A DNA stretch of 64,000 bases, from the NCBI GenBank assembly GCA_937867305.1, contig CALMKJ010000156.1, positions 12,011 to 76,010 on the forward strand, read 5' to 3'. Source of the DNA: an uncultured Ectothiorhodospiraceae bacterium (GTDB lineage: Bacteria; Pseudomonadota; Gammaproteobacteria; JAABTG01). The notes beneath the pieces were generated by a model that saw only the letters and a program-made list of their open reading frames with translations, did no database searches and had not been told where the DNA came from. Below, piece by piece: positions 8,313 to 18,078 of the stretch (within the stretch, counting starts at the first letter, position 1; every line of letters begins with the position of its first letter). The position numbers and the translations under genes are program-made.

Positions 8313-10832
8313 TCAGAACACCCGGTCGAGCACCTGCGCGTCCTCGTTCACCTGGCCGGCAGCAGCCAACGCCGCCGCCGCGGCCTCACGCCTCTTGATG
8401 TCCTCGGGGTTCGTCGACGACATCGCCAAGAACTCAGGCGACAAGTCAACCCGGACCGGAACAGCACGACCCGACAAGTCGACGTAGATGCACACCGACC
8501 CTCGCAACACCTCGCCGGTCACCGGGTCACGCAACGCCTTCATCGACATCGGGTTCGGCGAGACCGCCTGAGCCGAGTTACCGCCGATCGTGGCCTTCGC
8601 CATGATCCGCTGCAAACGGGCCGGTGTCGGATCCAACTTCCACAACTCGCACGCCGCCCGCGCCTCCTTCTCGTCCTCGATCGACAAGACCAGACCACGG
8701 GAGATGTACCCGGCCAACCCGGCACTCACCGCGTCGGAGACCCGCTGAGTGAACAGCATCGGGAGCACACCCTGGCTCCGGGCCAGACGCCCCAGCCGCT
8801 CCACCTCGGCACGACCAGCCCCCAAGAACACCCACGCCTCGTCGAGCATGACCACGCCCTGACGGCCGGTCAACGCCATCGCAGACCCGAACACCATCAT
8901 CCGGACCACCGCCAACGCGACCCGTTGCGGCAACGTCTGGTTCAGCGCACCCGGCTCCGGCAGATCCAGGTAGGCGTCCCCCACCTTGATCAGGGTGATC
9001 CCGCTCGACGTACGCAGACCCTCCGTGCTCGGGTTCACCCCGACGATCGCCCGGAACATCGGCGACGACGACGCCAACGCCTCCACCCGCGACACCATCT
9101 CCGGCGGCATCGGGATCTGGTCCCGCACCGCGATCGCCAACGCCTGACCGATACACGTCGCGCCCTTGTCGACCCCGTAGGACAGGGCGTGCGTCAACGG
9201 CACCTCCATGTCGGCGACCGCGGTACCCCACGGGTTGATCGCCATGAGCATCGACGCGGCCAGCTCGGCGCCCACCTCCTTCTTCGCAGAGAACCGGATC
9301 GGGTCGAAGATGCCGTCCGCGGTCACCAGCGTGTCCAACGACGCGACCTGGCCACCGGCCGCCAACACCACAGAGGAATGGTCGGAACCCATCTTCGGGT
9401 CCACGATCACGACAGGGCGACCCATCCGGGCGTACTGGTCGGCCAACGACAACAGCACCTGGGTCTTGCCGGACCCGGTCGCACCCGCACACAACGCGAT
9501 CGGCAGCCCGTCGCTCGTCGACGCGGCCGTCGGGGACAGGTACGCCGGCTGCCGGTCCCGTTCAGTGAACCCGAGCAACGCACCGTCCGGGTCGCCCACG
9601 AACGACAACGACGGGATACCCGAACACGCGACCGTCTGAGCCGGCAGGTCATGCAGATGCGGGTTCGCGCGCAGGTGACTGCACAACCACGTCTCCGCCA
9701 TCGCACCGTGCTGCCGGAAGTCCATCATCGCCAACCGGGCCGGTGCGTCCGCGGACAACACCTGGTGCACGTCACGGAACTGACCGTCGAACCCGGCCAC
9801 GATCGACGCCGACGCCAACGTCGGAGGAGGGTTCCCGCCGGTGGCGTACAACCCTTCGACGCCTTCAAGAAGCGCCATCATCTCGACCTGCTCCGCGCGC
9901 TCCATCTTGCCCTGCTTGGTGCGCTCGTTGATGTCGTCGATGAACCGCTTCCGCTGCCGGCGCAGCTCCTCACGGGTGATCGCACCCGGTTCGATGACAC
10001 CGCGGATCGACACGGCCAACGCCCCCGCACCGACCAGGTCGGCCACCCAATGCGACGTCGGGTCGGTCGCCTTCACGAAGGACAGGTCCAGGTCCTGGAC
10101 GGACGCGAACGTGACCGCGTGCGTGCCCGGGACGGTCGTGTGCGTCCACGACGCACACTGGTCCACCCCCGCCTCGTCGGCCATCCGCACCGACTCGACC
10201 GACTCGAACACGTGCACGTGGTCCGGGTGGACCAGCATCGGGGTGTCGGCGTAGTACCCGTGGTTCCACCACGCGTTCGCCAACCGGACGTCGTCAGCGG
10301 ACACCTTCACCAGACCAGACCGGTCCATCGCGGCGTTCATCCGCTCCGTGTCCTCGTCGAAGTCCGACAACGGCACGTTCCCAGCCACCACCGTCTCCAC
10401 GACCGAGTTGACCGCGTCCAAGAGACCACCACCGCCGAGCTTGTCGCGCAACCGCACCCCGACGAGCAGCAGCCGGCGGTCGATCGCGGTGTTCGGGTAC
10501 CGCTGCCGCAGCACCTCGGACAAGGCGTGGCCACGTCCCGGCGCGAACCGCTGAGGCACGTTCACCAGCAACACATGCACCTCGCGGTACGAACCACGAG
10601 ACGTCGCCCGACGCCGCATCCCGACGTTCACCTGGCCGGCCAGCTCCTCGAAGAACGACAGCAGCGGCTCAGCCGCCGTCAACGACTCGGCCGGGTTGCG
10701 GGCATCGACGACTGGGCCCAACGGCACCGCCCGGTACATCCACAACGCCCCGTTGACGCCTTGGAGTCGCCCGTCGGCGAGCCGGGACCGCAACGTCGTC
10801 GGCCAGGCCGGCTGCTCGGAAACCTCGATCAC
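8313..10832 (-). CDS. VirB4/TrbE/CagE-like conjugative ATPase (839 aa)
   Basis: Walker A CAGATGSGKTQ followed by VVIVDPKMG; Walker B VVMLDEAWVFLG (the DEAW hallmark of VirB4-type ATPases); size and domain order fit the family. Confidence 0.6.
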   Translation of the reverse strand: MIEVSEQPAWPTTLRSRLADGRLQGVNGALWMYRAVPLGPVVDARNPAESLTAAEPLLSFFEELAGQVNVGMRRRATSRGSYREVHVLLVNVPQRFAPGRGHALSEVLRQRYPNTAIDRRLLLVGVRLRDKLGGGGLLDAVNSVVETVVAGNVPLSDFDEDTERMNAAMDRSGLVKVSADDVRLANAWWNHGYYADTPMLVHPDHVHVFESVESVRMADEAGVDQCASWTHTTVPGTHAVTFASVQDLDLSFVKATDPTSHWVADLVGAGALAVSIRGVIEPGAITREELRRQRKRFIDDINERTKQGKMERAEQVEMMALLEGVEGLYATGGNPPPTLASASIVAGFDGQFRDVHQVLSADAPARLAMMDFRQHGAMAETWLCSHLRANPHLHDLPAQTVACSGIPSLSFVGDPDGALLGFTERDRQPAYLSPTAASTSDGLPIALCAGATGSGKTQVLLSLADQYARMGRPVVIVDPKMGSDHSSVVLAAGGQVASLDTLVTADGIFDPIRFSAKKEVGAELAASMLMAINPWGTAVADMEVPLTHALSYGVDKGATCIGQALAIAVRDQIPMPPEMVSRVEALASSSPMFRAIVGVNPSTEGLRTSSGITLIKVGDAYLDLPEPGALNQTLPQRVALAVVRMMVFGSAMALTGRQGVVMLDEAWVFLGAGRAEVERLGRLARSQGVLPMLFTQRVSDAVSAGLAGYISRGLVLSIEDEKEARAACELWKLDPTPARLQRIMAKATIGGNSAQAVSPNPMSMKALRDPVTGEVLRGSVCIYVDLSGRAVPVRVDLSPEFLAMSSTNPEDIKRREAAAAALAAAGQVNEDAQVLDRVF

Positions 10833-12061
10833 CGGTTCGACTCCTTCTCAGCTTGCTTGCGGGCCTTCCGCTTCTCCTTCTTCTCTGCCTTCGACAACCC
10901 GGTGTCGGTCTCGGCCTCCGGGTCCGGCTCAGGTGCGGTCTCCGTGCCAGTCCCCTCGTCCGGGTCGGTCACGTCATCAGGCGGGGACAACGTCTCCTCG
11001 CCTGATGGGTCGGACTGCTCCGAAGGGTCGCCGTCCTCGAACGTCGCGTCGCCGGTCACCGCCGCCACCGTCCGTGACGTGATCGCGTTCCCGTGACGCT
11101 TCAGGTGGGCGCCTTCACCGGGGCCACCCCACGCCACCACTCGAGGAGCGGCAGTGTTCGCCGACTCGACGAGCACGTCGAACGTCACCTCCGGAGCCTC
11201 GTTGGCGTCCTCGATCGGTGCGACCGCCCAGTCGATGCGGGCGCTCACCCGCACGATCACCGAATCCGGAACCCGGTCGGTGCCCTCCTCAGCCGGGACC
11301 AAACTCACCACCCACGCCTCATCCGCGACCGGGTCACGCAACCGAGCACCCGACAAGGGCAAGTACGAATGCGACGCGTCCGTGTCGCCGACCGTCTGGT
11401 GCAGCAAGCTCGGGTCACCGGACGCGTACGCGTCCACCCACGCCGACACCGCGGTCACCACGTCTTCGGTCGGGGTCGTCTCATCCAGGTCCGGGTACGG
11501 GTTCGGGGCCCACGACGAGTCCGCCGGCAACACCGGCGCCAGCGACGGCGACGACGCCACGACCGCGCCGTGCGCCTCATCGAACAGGACCAGCACCGAC
11601 GCGACGAACATCGCACCGCCAGGAGCCGACAACGTGACCCGGTGAGTCTCCTGACGGAACTTGCCCTGGGTGACCAGGTCCGGGTCCGTGCCCTCAGCCG
11701 GCTTCCACGTCGACGACGTCGCCGAATCCCACCCGACCACTTCACCGCCCGGCACCGGGGACGGGTCGCCGGCCAGCCATTCACGCACCGCGACCAACGC
11801 GACCGAACGGGTCTCAGAGAACTTGTCCGGGCCAGCTTCCGCGGTCACCGCCGAACCGGAACCGGACGCGCCGGCCGTCACGACGACCCCCACGAGGGCC
11901 AACGGCAGCAGCACCAGCGACGCCCACACGTACACGCGCCACCACCGGGCCCGTTTGCGCTGCTTGTCCGCCGACGGGAGGCCAGCCCGAGGAACCTCTT
12001 CGGCCTGCTCCCACCAGTTGTTCGCCGACGACCGGGCCTTCTTCGTCTTCACCCCGAGCAC
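10829..12061 (-). CDS. membrane-anchored protein (410 aa; one N-terminal TM, acidic and Pro-rich C-terminal tail), possible transfer-apparatus component
   Basis: Track ORF. The bitopic topology of a single N-terminal TM helix with an extracytoplasmic domain resembles VirB8- or TcpC-like proteins encoded next to VirB4 genes. This is an inference only. Confidence 0.45.
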   Translation of the reverse strand: MLGVKTKKARSSANNWWEQAEEVPRAGLPSADKQRKRARWWRVYVWASLVLLPLALVGVVVTAGASGSGSAVTAEAGPDKFSETRSVALVAVREWLAGDPSPVPGGEVVGWDSATSSTWKPAEGTDPDLVTQGKFRQETHRVTLSAPGGAMFVASVLVLFDEAHGAVVASSPSLAPVLPADSSWAPNPYPDLDETTPTEDVVTAVSAWVDAYASGDPSLLHQTVGDTDASHSYLPLSGARLRDPVADEAWVVSLVPAEEGTDRVPDSVIVRVSARIDWAVAPIEDANEAPEVTFDVLVESANTAAPRVVAWGGPGEGAHLKRHGNAITSRTVAAVTGDATFEDGDPSEQSDPSGEETLSPPDDVTDPDEGTGTETAPEPDPEAETDTGLSKAEKKEKRKARKQAEKESNR

Positions 12062-12064
12062 GAG

Positions 12065-12628
12065 TCACGCCTTCTTCAGCAAGGTGACGACATCTTCGAG
12101 GTCTTTGCGCAGGTCGGCCATGTTGAGCCCGTGCACCGTCTTCGCGACCACGATCGACGCCTTCGCCGACGACGCCGGCAGGTCCGAGGACGGGGCCAAG
12201 CCCATCGACGCGAGCAGCGACCAGATCCGCTTCATCCGCTGCGGCCCGAGCTCGCCGGCCACCACCGAAGCCTCGAACACGTCCGAGGTGCTGATCTTGT
12301 CCAGGTCGCCGAGAACCTGGGTCGAAGACCGGTCCGCCGTCATGATCGCCGCGGTGAGGTCGGCCAGGTCGTTGTCGCACCCCAGTAGGTGGGACGCCAC
12401 GTCACGAGTCGACTGCTCCGCGGCCACCACGTCTGCTGCCTTCGCCGCGACCCTGCGGACCAGCCGGTTCGTGTGCGCCCGGTTCGACCGCGACGGCCGG
12501 CCGGTCGCACCGGGGTGGCTTTCGTCGCCGGTCTCCGGCGTCTCGTCGACGACGGGGTCAGCGTCGTGCAGCTCGATGTCGAGCTCCTCGACGTCCAGCG
12601 GAAACCCGGGTGAGGCGATCTCGGTCAC
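12065..12628 (-). CDS. hypothetical protein (187 aa), GTG start
   Basis: AGGAG RBS 6 nt upstream of GTG; class-3 motif about 45 nt upstream. Confidence 0.5.
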   Translation of the reverse strand: MTEIASPGFPLDVEELDIELHDADPVVDETPETGDESHPGATGRPSRSNRAHTNRLVRRVAAKAADVVAAEQSTRDVASHLLGCDNDLADLTAAIMTADRSSTQVLGDLDKISTSDVFEASVVAGELGPQRMKRIWSLLASMGLAPSSDLPASSAKASIVVAKTVHGLNMADLRKDLEDVVTLLKKA

Positions 12629-12639
12629 GAAGACTCCTG

Positions 12640-12870
12640 GAACTCAATGTGGTGGGCGGGTCGGGCACTGGTCACCATGCGCAAACCACGGCACGGGCGA
12701 CCGGTGTTACGCCCTCCCCTGTGCCAGGTGGGCCGCGTCGGGTCGCCGACAACAAGAACGCACCCGGTCCGTCTGGGCGCTGACCGGGTGCGGCGAACAC
12801 GAACCCGACGAGGGCCCTTGCTACGCCGCCAGAGGGGCGACGCCGTCTAGCCCGTGTTCGCCTTTCCCTG
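12640..12870 (-). promoter_or_regulatory. 230-bp intergenic leader carrying a class-3 motif (TTTGCGCATGGTG, about 45 nt before the 12628 GTG) and two TGGCACAGGG(G) class-2-like copies with no ORF behind them
   Basis: Seen directly; possible regulatory hub or small-RNA promoter. Confidence 0.3.
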
Positions 12871-12925
12871 TGCCACCAGCCAGCACGCGGGCCTTCAACG
12901 CGCCGCCGAGAACCGGCGCGAAGCC

Positions 12926-13378
12926 TCAGTTGTTGGGGACCCCACGGTCCTCGGTGTGCCGGACGACCCGCATCTTCTTGGTTACGTTGCCGGTCGTGAA
13001 CTCCTCGACCTCGACCCACACCAGGACACGGTGACCGATCAGCGACTTCACCTTGCGGGCCATCGCCAGCCCCTCCGGGTTGTCGGTCCGCTCGGTCCGC
13101 ACCTGCTCGCACCCGGCCGGCACACCATCGGTGGCCCGGTCGGTGCCCGTGTGCAGCGTGATCACCCCACGGGTGCTCGACTGCTCCTTCTTCACGTCAC
13201 GCACGATGCCGGAGAAGACCTTGCACTTGCTGATCTGCTCGGCAGCCTTCGCCTGCGCGACCACGAAGCCGGTCATGCTGGTGGCGAAGTACGCGTCGAG
13301 CGCGGCGGGCAGCGCAGCGGCGACAGCGGCGGCGATCTGGTCGCCCTGGGCGACGTCGGCGGGGGTCTGGGTGCTCAT
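12926..13378 (-). CDS. hypothetical protein (150 aa)
   Basis: Internal ATG (MSTQTPADVAQGDQIAAAVAAAL...) of track ORF 12926..13648, preceded by a GAAGGAAG RBS; the upstream part of the ORF is Arg/Gly-rich. Confidence 0.45.
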   Translation of the reverse strand: MSTQTPADVAQGDQIAAAVAAALPAALDAYFATSMTGFVVAQAKAAEQISKCKVFSGIVRDVKKEQSSTRGVITLHTGTDRATDGVPAGCEQVRTERTDNPEGLAMARKVKSLIGHRVLVWVEVEEFTTGNVTKKMRVVRHTEDRGVPNN

Positions 13379-13413
13379 CTGGTTCTTCCTTCGGTGGTTG
13401 GGTTGGGTGGTGC

Positions 13414-15825
13414 TCAGCCGGTGACGGCCTGCGGGCGGGACGGGGCAGCGAGAACAGCCCACGGGGGCGTGGTCGGGGCGTCGGCCTCGTACAGCCGGTG
13501 CGCCGCCAACGCCAGCGTGCGGATGTGCTTGGTTCCCAGCGCCACCCACGCGTCCCACGCGGCGGCGTCCTGACCGAACGGCAGCGGGTGCGTCTCGATG
13601 AACGACCGCAGCAGGCCACGGAGCCGCATGTTCAGCCCGTTCATCCACGACGACGAACCGGACAGCTCGTGCTGGGTCGGGCGCAGCATCACCGCGAACG
13701 TCTGCGACAGACCGTCCAGCGCGTCCTTCGACAGCGCCACGTCGGCCTTCACGATCTCCTCGTAGGCCAGCGAGACCATCCCGAACACGGCGGTCGCCGC
13801 GAAGCTGTTGCCGTTCAAGAGTCCGCGCGACTCAGGCTCCCAAGCCTTGTCCTCGGAAAACACGTGCTCACTCATCATGGCTCCTACTGCGGCCTCGACC
13901 GCGACTGGTGGGGTGGAACTGACCTTGTTGTGTGCGGAACCGTCCGGTTCATGCACCGTGTCGGCCGCCGAACCGAAGTCCTCTTCGACATAAGTCGGCA
14001 CCTCGACCCGCAACGGGCGAGCCACCGGGATCCGGAAACTGCCTTCCGGTGCGGCGTTGCCGGTCCGGTCGGTCAGACCAGCGGCTTTCGCGGCCGGGCA
14101 TGTGTTCACCAACGGGCACCACCCGCACAGCGGACCCGTCTTCGTCGGGAACGACGCCTCGGACTCGAACCGTTTCAAGTCGGCCCACGCCACCTCGAAG
14201 CCGTCCAACGTCTTCGACATGTACGGCCTGCTGATTGCGGCGTCCCGCGACTTCCCGACCGCCGTGTAGTACAGCCGGGCCTTCACGGGGCGAACCCCGG
14301 TGTCGTTGAACAGCGCCTCGTCGTACAACCGCATCTGGTCGCCGTGGTCGTCGCCGTAGAACTTCATCTTGTCCCGGGGCGGCATCTTCCCGGTGTTGTG
14401 CGTCGGAACCATCGTGGGCCCGCACAGGTACAACGAGTCGAGTGCGTCGACCTGGATGCACTGCGTCGGCACCGGCTGAGCCAGGCGCATCGAAGTGATG
14501 GTCCGGTGCACGGGCACAAGAGCCGGTTCGGTTGCCGTACTGACCCCCGGCACTTCAAGCGGGATGACCCCGGTCGGGTAGAACGCCACCAGGTGACGGC
14601 GACCGCACGGTCGAACCATCGACACCCCGAGGCTGGCGACCAGCTCGACCACCAGGGCCATCAACGCTTCGTCGGTGGAGACGAACCCGGCACCACCGAA
14701 CTCCGCGTCCCAATGCCCGCGCGCGTCCATCAACCCTTGCAGCAGCGCGATCCGCTGGGTCCGGGAACCCCGCAGGTACAGGTTCCGGATCTCATCGTCC
14801 CCGCACACGTCCGGGACCACGTCGTCCACGGACGTGCCTGCGGACCCCAACCGGACCCCGGTCACCCGTGGGTCCAACGGCAGGTCGGCGTCCGGCAAGT
14901 CCAACGCGGAAGGGTTCGACACCGTGATGGTGCCGTACTCCCCGTCGTCGTGACGCCGGCACAGCATCTCGAACAGCGTGTCCGCGTCCACCACCGACGT
15001 CACCGGTACAGGCCCGGCGCCCCGGTCCTCGATCTGCCACAGGTGCACGTTGTCGCACACCACGCGGGCACCGTCGGAGAACACGATCTCGTAGCACGGG
15101 CGGTGGTGGACCTGAGACTTCAACACCACCTCGGTCGGGGTGCCGTCCGAGCCGAGCACCTTGTCGCCCACCTGCAGCTCCCCCATCGTCGACCAGCCGG
15201 TCGGCGTCGGGATGGGGGTGTCGAGGGCCAGACCCTTGTAGTCGACGATGGCGACCCCTTCGGACCCGTCCGGCAGCGTCACGTGGTCGAGACGGTCGAT
15301 GTACCCGACGAACGGGATGCCCCGCACCGCCGAGTTCGCGGTGAACCCGACCTCGATCGCCTTCACCTGGACGTGCCGCGGGTCTTCGATGTCCCACAGG
15401 CCAGCCATCCGTTGATGGACCAGCCCGTGCCAGTTGGCTCGTTTCGCCAGCGTGGCCGGGTCGCCGGCAGGCCACAGCCGAAGCTTGTGCGCCTCCAGCA
15501 GCCGCATCGCCTCGTCGAAGCTGCGCTTGAAGTACGGCAGGGCGAACAAGTCCTCGAAGATCTTGTGGACCGCGTCCCCCAACGGGGCGGCCGCCAACGG
15601 GTCCTCGTGCCGCGGCAGCAGCCGGTCGGCGGCCCACCGTGACGGGCACCCGCTCATCGCCTTCGCGGTCGACGGTGACAACGCGGACCGCGCCACGACC
15701 CGGATCGCCTCGTCGTTGAACATGAGACGGTCGCCGTCCCACGACGCGACCAGGCGCAGGTCCGGCTTCTCAGCCGACGACCCACAGGTAGGCGCAGGGG
15801 TAGCCGCATCGGTCGGGGTGTTCAC
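13414..15825 (-). CDS. Cas4/RecB-family PD-(D/E)xK exonuclease (Fe-S, Cys4) interrupted by an intein with a LAGLIDADG homing endonuclease
   Basis: Exteins carry an N-terminal Cys (MSGCPSRW), a VAIVDYKG...TGK nuclease motif split by the insertion, and a C-terminal CGWCPLVNTC (C-x2-C-x5-C). The insert runs from ...LALDTPIPTPTGW... through LYLRGSRTQRIALLQGLMDARGHWD (LAGLIDADG block) to ...LYLCGPTMVPTHN, followed by Thr at +1. It has no Cys or Ser at intein position 1, which is class-3-like. GTG start lies 6 nt after class-2 motif GTGGCACAGG. Confidence 0.6.
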   Translation of the reverse strand: MNTPTDAATPAPTCGSSAEKPDLRLVASWDGDRLMFNDEAIRVVARSALSPSTAKAMSGCPSRWAADRLLPRHEDPLAAAPLGDAVHKIFEDLFALPYFKRSFDEAMRLLEAHKLRLWPAGDPATLAKRANWHGLVHQRMAGLWDIEDPRHVQVKAIEVGFTANSAVRGIPFVGYIDRLDHVTLPDGSEGVAIVDYKGLALDTPIPTPTGWSTMGELQVGDKVLGSDGTPTEVVLKSQVHHRPCYEIVFSDGARVVCDNVHLWQIEDRGAGPVPVTSVVDADTLFEMLCRRHDDGEYGTITVSNPSALDLPDADLPLDPRVTGVRLGSAGTSVDDVVPDVCGDDEIRNLYLRGSRTQRIALLQGLMDARGHWDAEFGGAGFVSTDEALMALVVELVASLGVSMVRPCGRRHLVAFYPTGVIPLEVPGVSTATEPALVPVHRTITSMRLAQPVPTQCIQVDALDSLYLCGPTMVPTHNTGKMPPRDKMKFYGDDHGDQMRLYDEALFNDTGVRPVKARLYYTAVGKSRDAAISRPYMSKTLDGFEVAWADLKRFESEASFPTKTGPLCGWCPLVNTCPAAKAAGLTDRTGNAAPEGSFRIPVARPLRVEVPTYVEEDFGSAADTVHEPDGSAHNKVSSTPPVAVEAAVGAMMSEHVFSEDKAWEPESRGLLNGNSFAATAVFGMVSLAYEEIVKADVALSKDALDGLSQTFAVMLRPTQHELSGSSSWMNGLNMRLRGLLRSFIETHPLPFGQDAAAWDAWVALGTKHIRTLALAAHRLYEADAPTTPPWAVLAAPSRPQAVTG

Positions 15826-16004
15826 GTTCTACCTGTGCCACCCGACCTGCCCCGGCGGCAGAGTCTTAGCAGGCCCCAGCCCTTGCCGGAGCCGGCCCGA
15901 CACAGCGGACCGTGCACGCCAACCCCAGCCGGCTCAGACCGCCGACGGCGAGAGGTAGCGCCGACGACGCGTCGAGCTCCAACCGGTACCCGGTCACCGT
16001 GACC

Positions 16005-16403
16005 TCACCCTTCGACGGGGTTCTTCTTGCGCCGCGACAACCGGGTCCACCACCCGCCGGGTGCCTCCAACACCACGTCCGCGGACTCCGACGGGGTCGG
16101 TACGGCACGGTGCTGCGCGAACCACTCGTCGACCTCCGGTGGCAGCTCCTCGACGAACACCTGACGTTCCGCCGCCGCATGGCACGCGGCCAGCACACCG
16201 GGGACCGAACCCCGGTCGGCTTCGACCAGCACCCCGTTAACCGGGACCAGGGCCTTCGCCTCGAACGCGGCCTCCACCCTCGCCATGATGCTGTCGACAC
16301 ACGTGAACGTGCCTTCAGTGCCGTCCGGGCCCGGCTGGTACATCAACCTGTACCCGTCGATCCGCACGCGCAACGGCGGCGGCGCGCCCCGGTGCCTGCC
16401 CAT
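16005..16403 (-). CDS. hypothetical protein (132 aa)
   Basis: Track ORF; GAGAGGGG RBS; immediately downstream of the sigma-factor gene. Confidence 0.4.
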   Translation of the reverse strand: MGRHRGAPPPLRVRIDGYRLMYQPGPDGTEGTFTCVDSIMARVEAAFEAKALVPVNGVLVEADRGSVPGVLAACHAAAERQVFVEELPPEVDEWFAQHRAVPTPSESADVVLEAPGGWWTRLSRRKKNPVEG

Positions 16404-16414
16404 GTGGGCCCCTC

Positions 16415-17422
16415 TCAGCTATCGACCCCGGTGATCCCGAAGTAGGTCTTCAGCACCTCCTGTGCCACCTGCTTCACCTCGGCGATCTTGCGGCGCACCG
16501 TCGGTGCTGCGATCCCGACGATGTCGGCGATGTCCGCGCTCGTCGGGGGCCGGTCGAACGACGCCGCCATGTCGGTGCCAAAGAACGCCTCGGCGACCTT
16601 CCCGTGCGACTCCGAGACCTGGTAGCAGCGCTCGATCGTCACCTTCACCAACAGGTCCCGCTCCGCCGAATGCAACACCCCGTCCTGGTCGTTCGGGTCC
16701 GGGGTGCACGACACCTGCTCGCCGTAACCGGCAGCCCCGTGCGTGCCGCGTTCGTCGTGCGGGTCCGACCGGGACTCCAAGTCCCGCAACTCCACCGCCG
16801 GCCCCGAGTTCATGACCTGGTAGTCCTCGACCGTGCACAGCATCCCTTGCCGGGCCGCGTCCTTGCGGTGGGCGCGCATCCGGCGGTTCGTCTCCTCCAC
16901 GACCTGCTCAGCGGTCGGGTCGCACACGCCTTCGACGAGCAACTGGTCGCGGGTCTGCCGCATCTGGTTGATCCGGCGCTTCAACGACACCTGGCGTGAC
17001 GCGGTGTTCATCCCGGCCGACGAGTCGACCCACACCCGGACCCGCGACTTGGCCCGGTACGACACCATCCCGGTGAACGAGGTGATCTCGTCGACGGTCA
17101 GCGTCCCGTCGCGGACGTCTTTGACGACCAGCAGGAACGCCTCGTTGACCAGCGACAGCACGTCGCCGCCGTGGGTGGTGCGGTCCAGCCGGTACGACAT
17201 GGCGATCCGGGTCGCGATCTTGCGCAGCTCCGGCTGCTGGGCACGGGCGAAGTCCTCCAAGATCGCGTCGCCTTCAGCCGGGGTGGCGGACGCGATCGCG
17301 GCCAGCCATTCGGTCGGTGCAGACGACCCTGCCAGGTCCGGGGCCGTCATGGGCACGAGCGTCGACTGCCACTCCGCGGGCGCGGGGGCCTCAGTCGCGT
17401 CGAGGCAGTCGTAGTCGGCCAT
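16415..17422 (-). CDS. sigma-70 family RNA polymerase sigma factor (about 335 aa, SigF/FliA-like size)
   Basis: Region-2-like (LSLVNEAFLLVVKDV...) and region-4 HTH (IADIVGIAAPTVRRKIAEVKQVAQEVL). Start placed at the ATG 2 nt after the stop of the mIHF-like gene (TGACCATG). Confidence 0.55.
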   Translation of the reverse strand: MADYDCLDATEAPAPAEWQSTLVPMTAPDLAGSSAPTEWLAAIASATPAEGDAILEDFARAQQPELRKIATRIAMSYRLDRTTHGGDVLSLVNEAFLLVVKDVRDGTLTVDEITSFTGMVSYRAKSRVRVWVDSSAGMNTASRQVSLKRRINQMRQTRDQLLVEGVCDPTAEQVVEETNRRMRAHRKDAARQGMLCTVEDYQVMNSGPAVELRDLESRSDPHDERGTHGAAGYGEQVSCTPDPNDQDGVLHSAERDLLVKVTIERCYQVSESHGKVAEAFFGTDMAASFDRPPTSADIADIVGIAAPTVRRKIAEVKQVAQEVLKTYFGITGVDS

Positions 17423-17424
17423 GG

Positions 17425-17931
17425 TCAACGGCCCTTCTGTGTCGTGGCGGTCGCAGGCCGCGGCGCTGAAGGGAAGCCGGGCCAAGGCACTGTGTGCGGC
17501 TTGGCGGCGTCCATCCAGGCGTACAGCCTTTTGGCCCCAGCCCGCGGGACGGTCAACCAGAGGATGTCCTTGTCACCGAGATCGTTCGGGGCCGAATCAA
17601 GTCTGACAGCCACCGCCGACAAGAACGCATCCGCGCGCACCCGGCCCACGTTCGGCTGGGCCAACACGAGTTGGTTCAGCTTGATGCGACGCAACGGCCC
17701 GCCCTCGGGACCCATCGCGGAGACCACCACGTCGAACGCGGTCACCTGCCCGGTTGCGACCATCAGCAGTGCCTCGGAGCGCGCTCGTTTCGCCTTCACC
17801 GACGCGCTACGAGCCGCAGTCGTGTCCTTCCCGAGCTGGCACACAGACGCGGTCCCCTGGTTCCCCTGACAAACTCCCGTGTCGGGGTGACCTGGCGCGC
17901 GAGCTTCGGTGGTAGTGACGGTGGTGTTCAT
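17425..17931 (-). CDS. mIHF-like (actinobacterial integration host factor) DNA-binding protein
   Basis: C-terminal block RRIKLNQLVLAQPNVGRVRADAFLSAVAVRL matches the mIHF pattern (K-V-S-A-LL-x-LP-x-VG-x-V-K-A); GAGGAGG RBS; class-3 motif 22 nt upstream. Confidence 0.5.
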   Translation of the reverse strand: MNTTVTTTEARAPGHPDTGVCQGNQGTASVCQLGKDTTAARSASVKAKRARSEALLMVATGQVTAFDVVVSAMGPEGGPLRRIKLNQLVLAQPNVGRVRADAFLSAVAVRLDSAPNDLGDKDILWLTVPRAGAKRLYAWMDAAKPHTVPWPGFPSAPRPATATTQKGR

Positions 17932-18078
17932 AGGTGCCGGCCTCCTCGGCCAGCACCATGCGCAAACCTAGTGCTACCCCAATCCGGCATAGTCTGATGC
18001 GCGGAAAGATAGTCATAACGGACTATTGAGCGTGGCGTGCTCTTCCTTTGCGTTTCCGTGTGGCCTGCGTCACACGGG

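Noticed and set aside
7959-11096. 1045-aa plus-strand ORF, the longest ORF in the track
   Set aside because: It is antisense to the VirB4-like gene. It is extremely Arg/Pro/Gly-rich, has no recognisable motifs, and lacks an RBS or conserved upstream motif. Long ORFs of this kind are expected on the antisense strand of genes in high-GC DNA.
11093-12388. 431-aa plus-strand ORF and overlapping 11661..13034 ORF
   Set aside because: Antisense to the 10829..12061 and 12065..12628 genes; Arg/His-rich and Ser/Thr-rich low-complexity products.
13498-15642. 714-aa plus-strand ORF
   Set aside because: Antisense to the intein-containing exonuclease gene; Arg-rich low-complexity translation.
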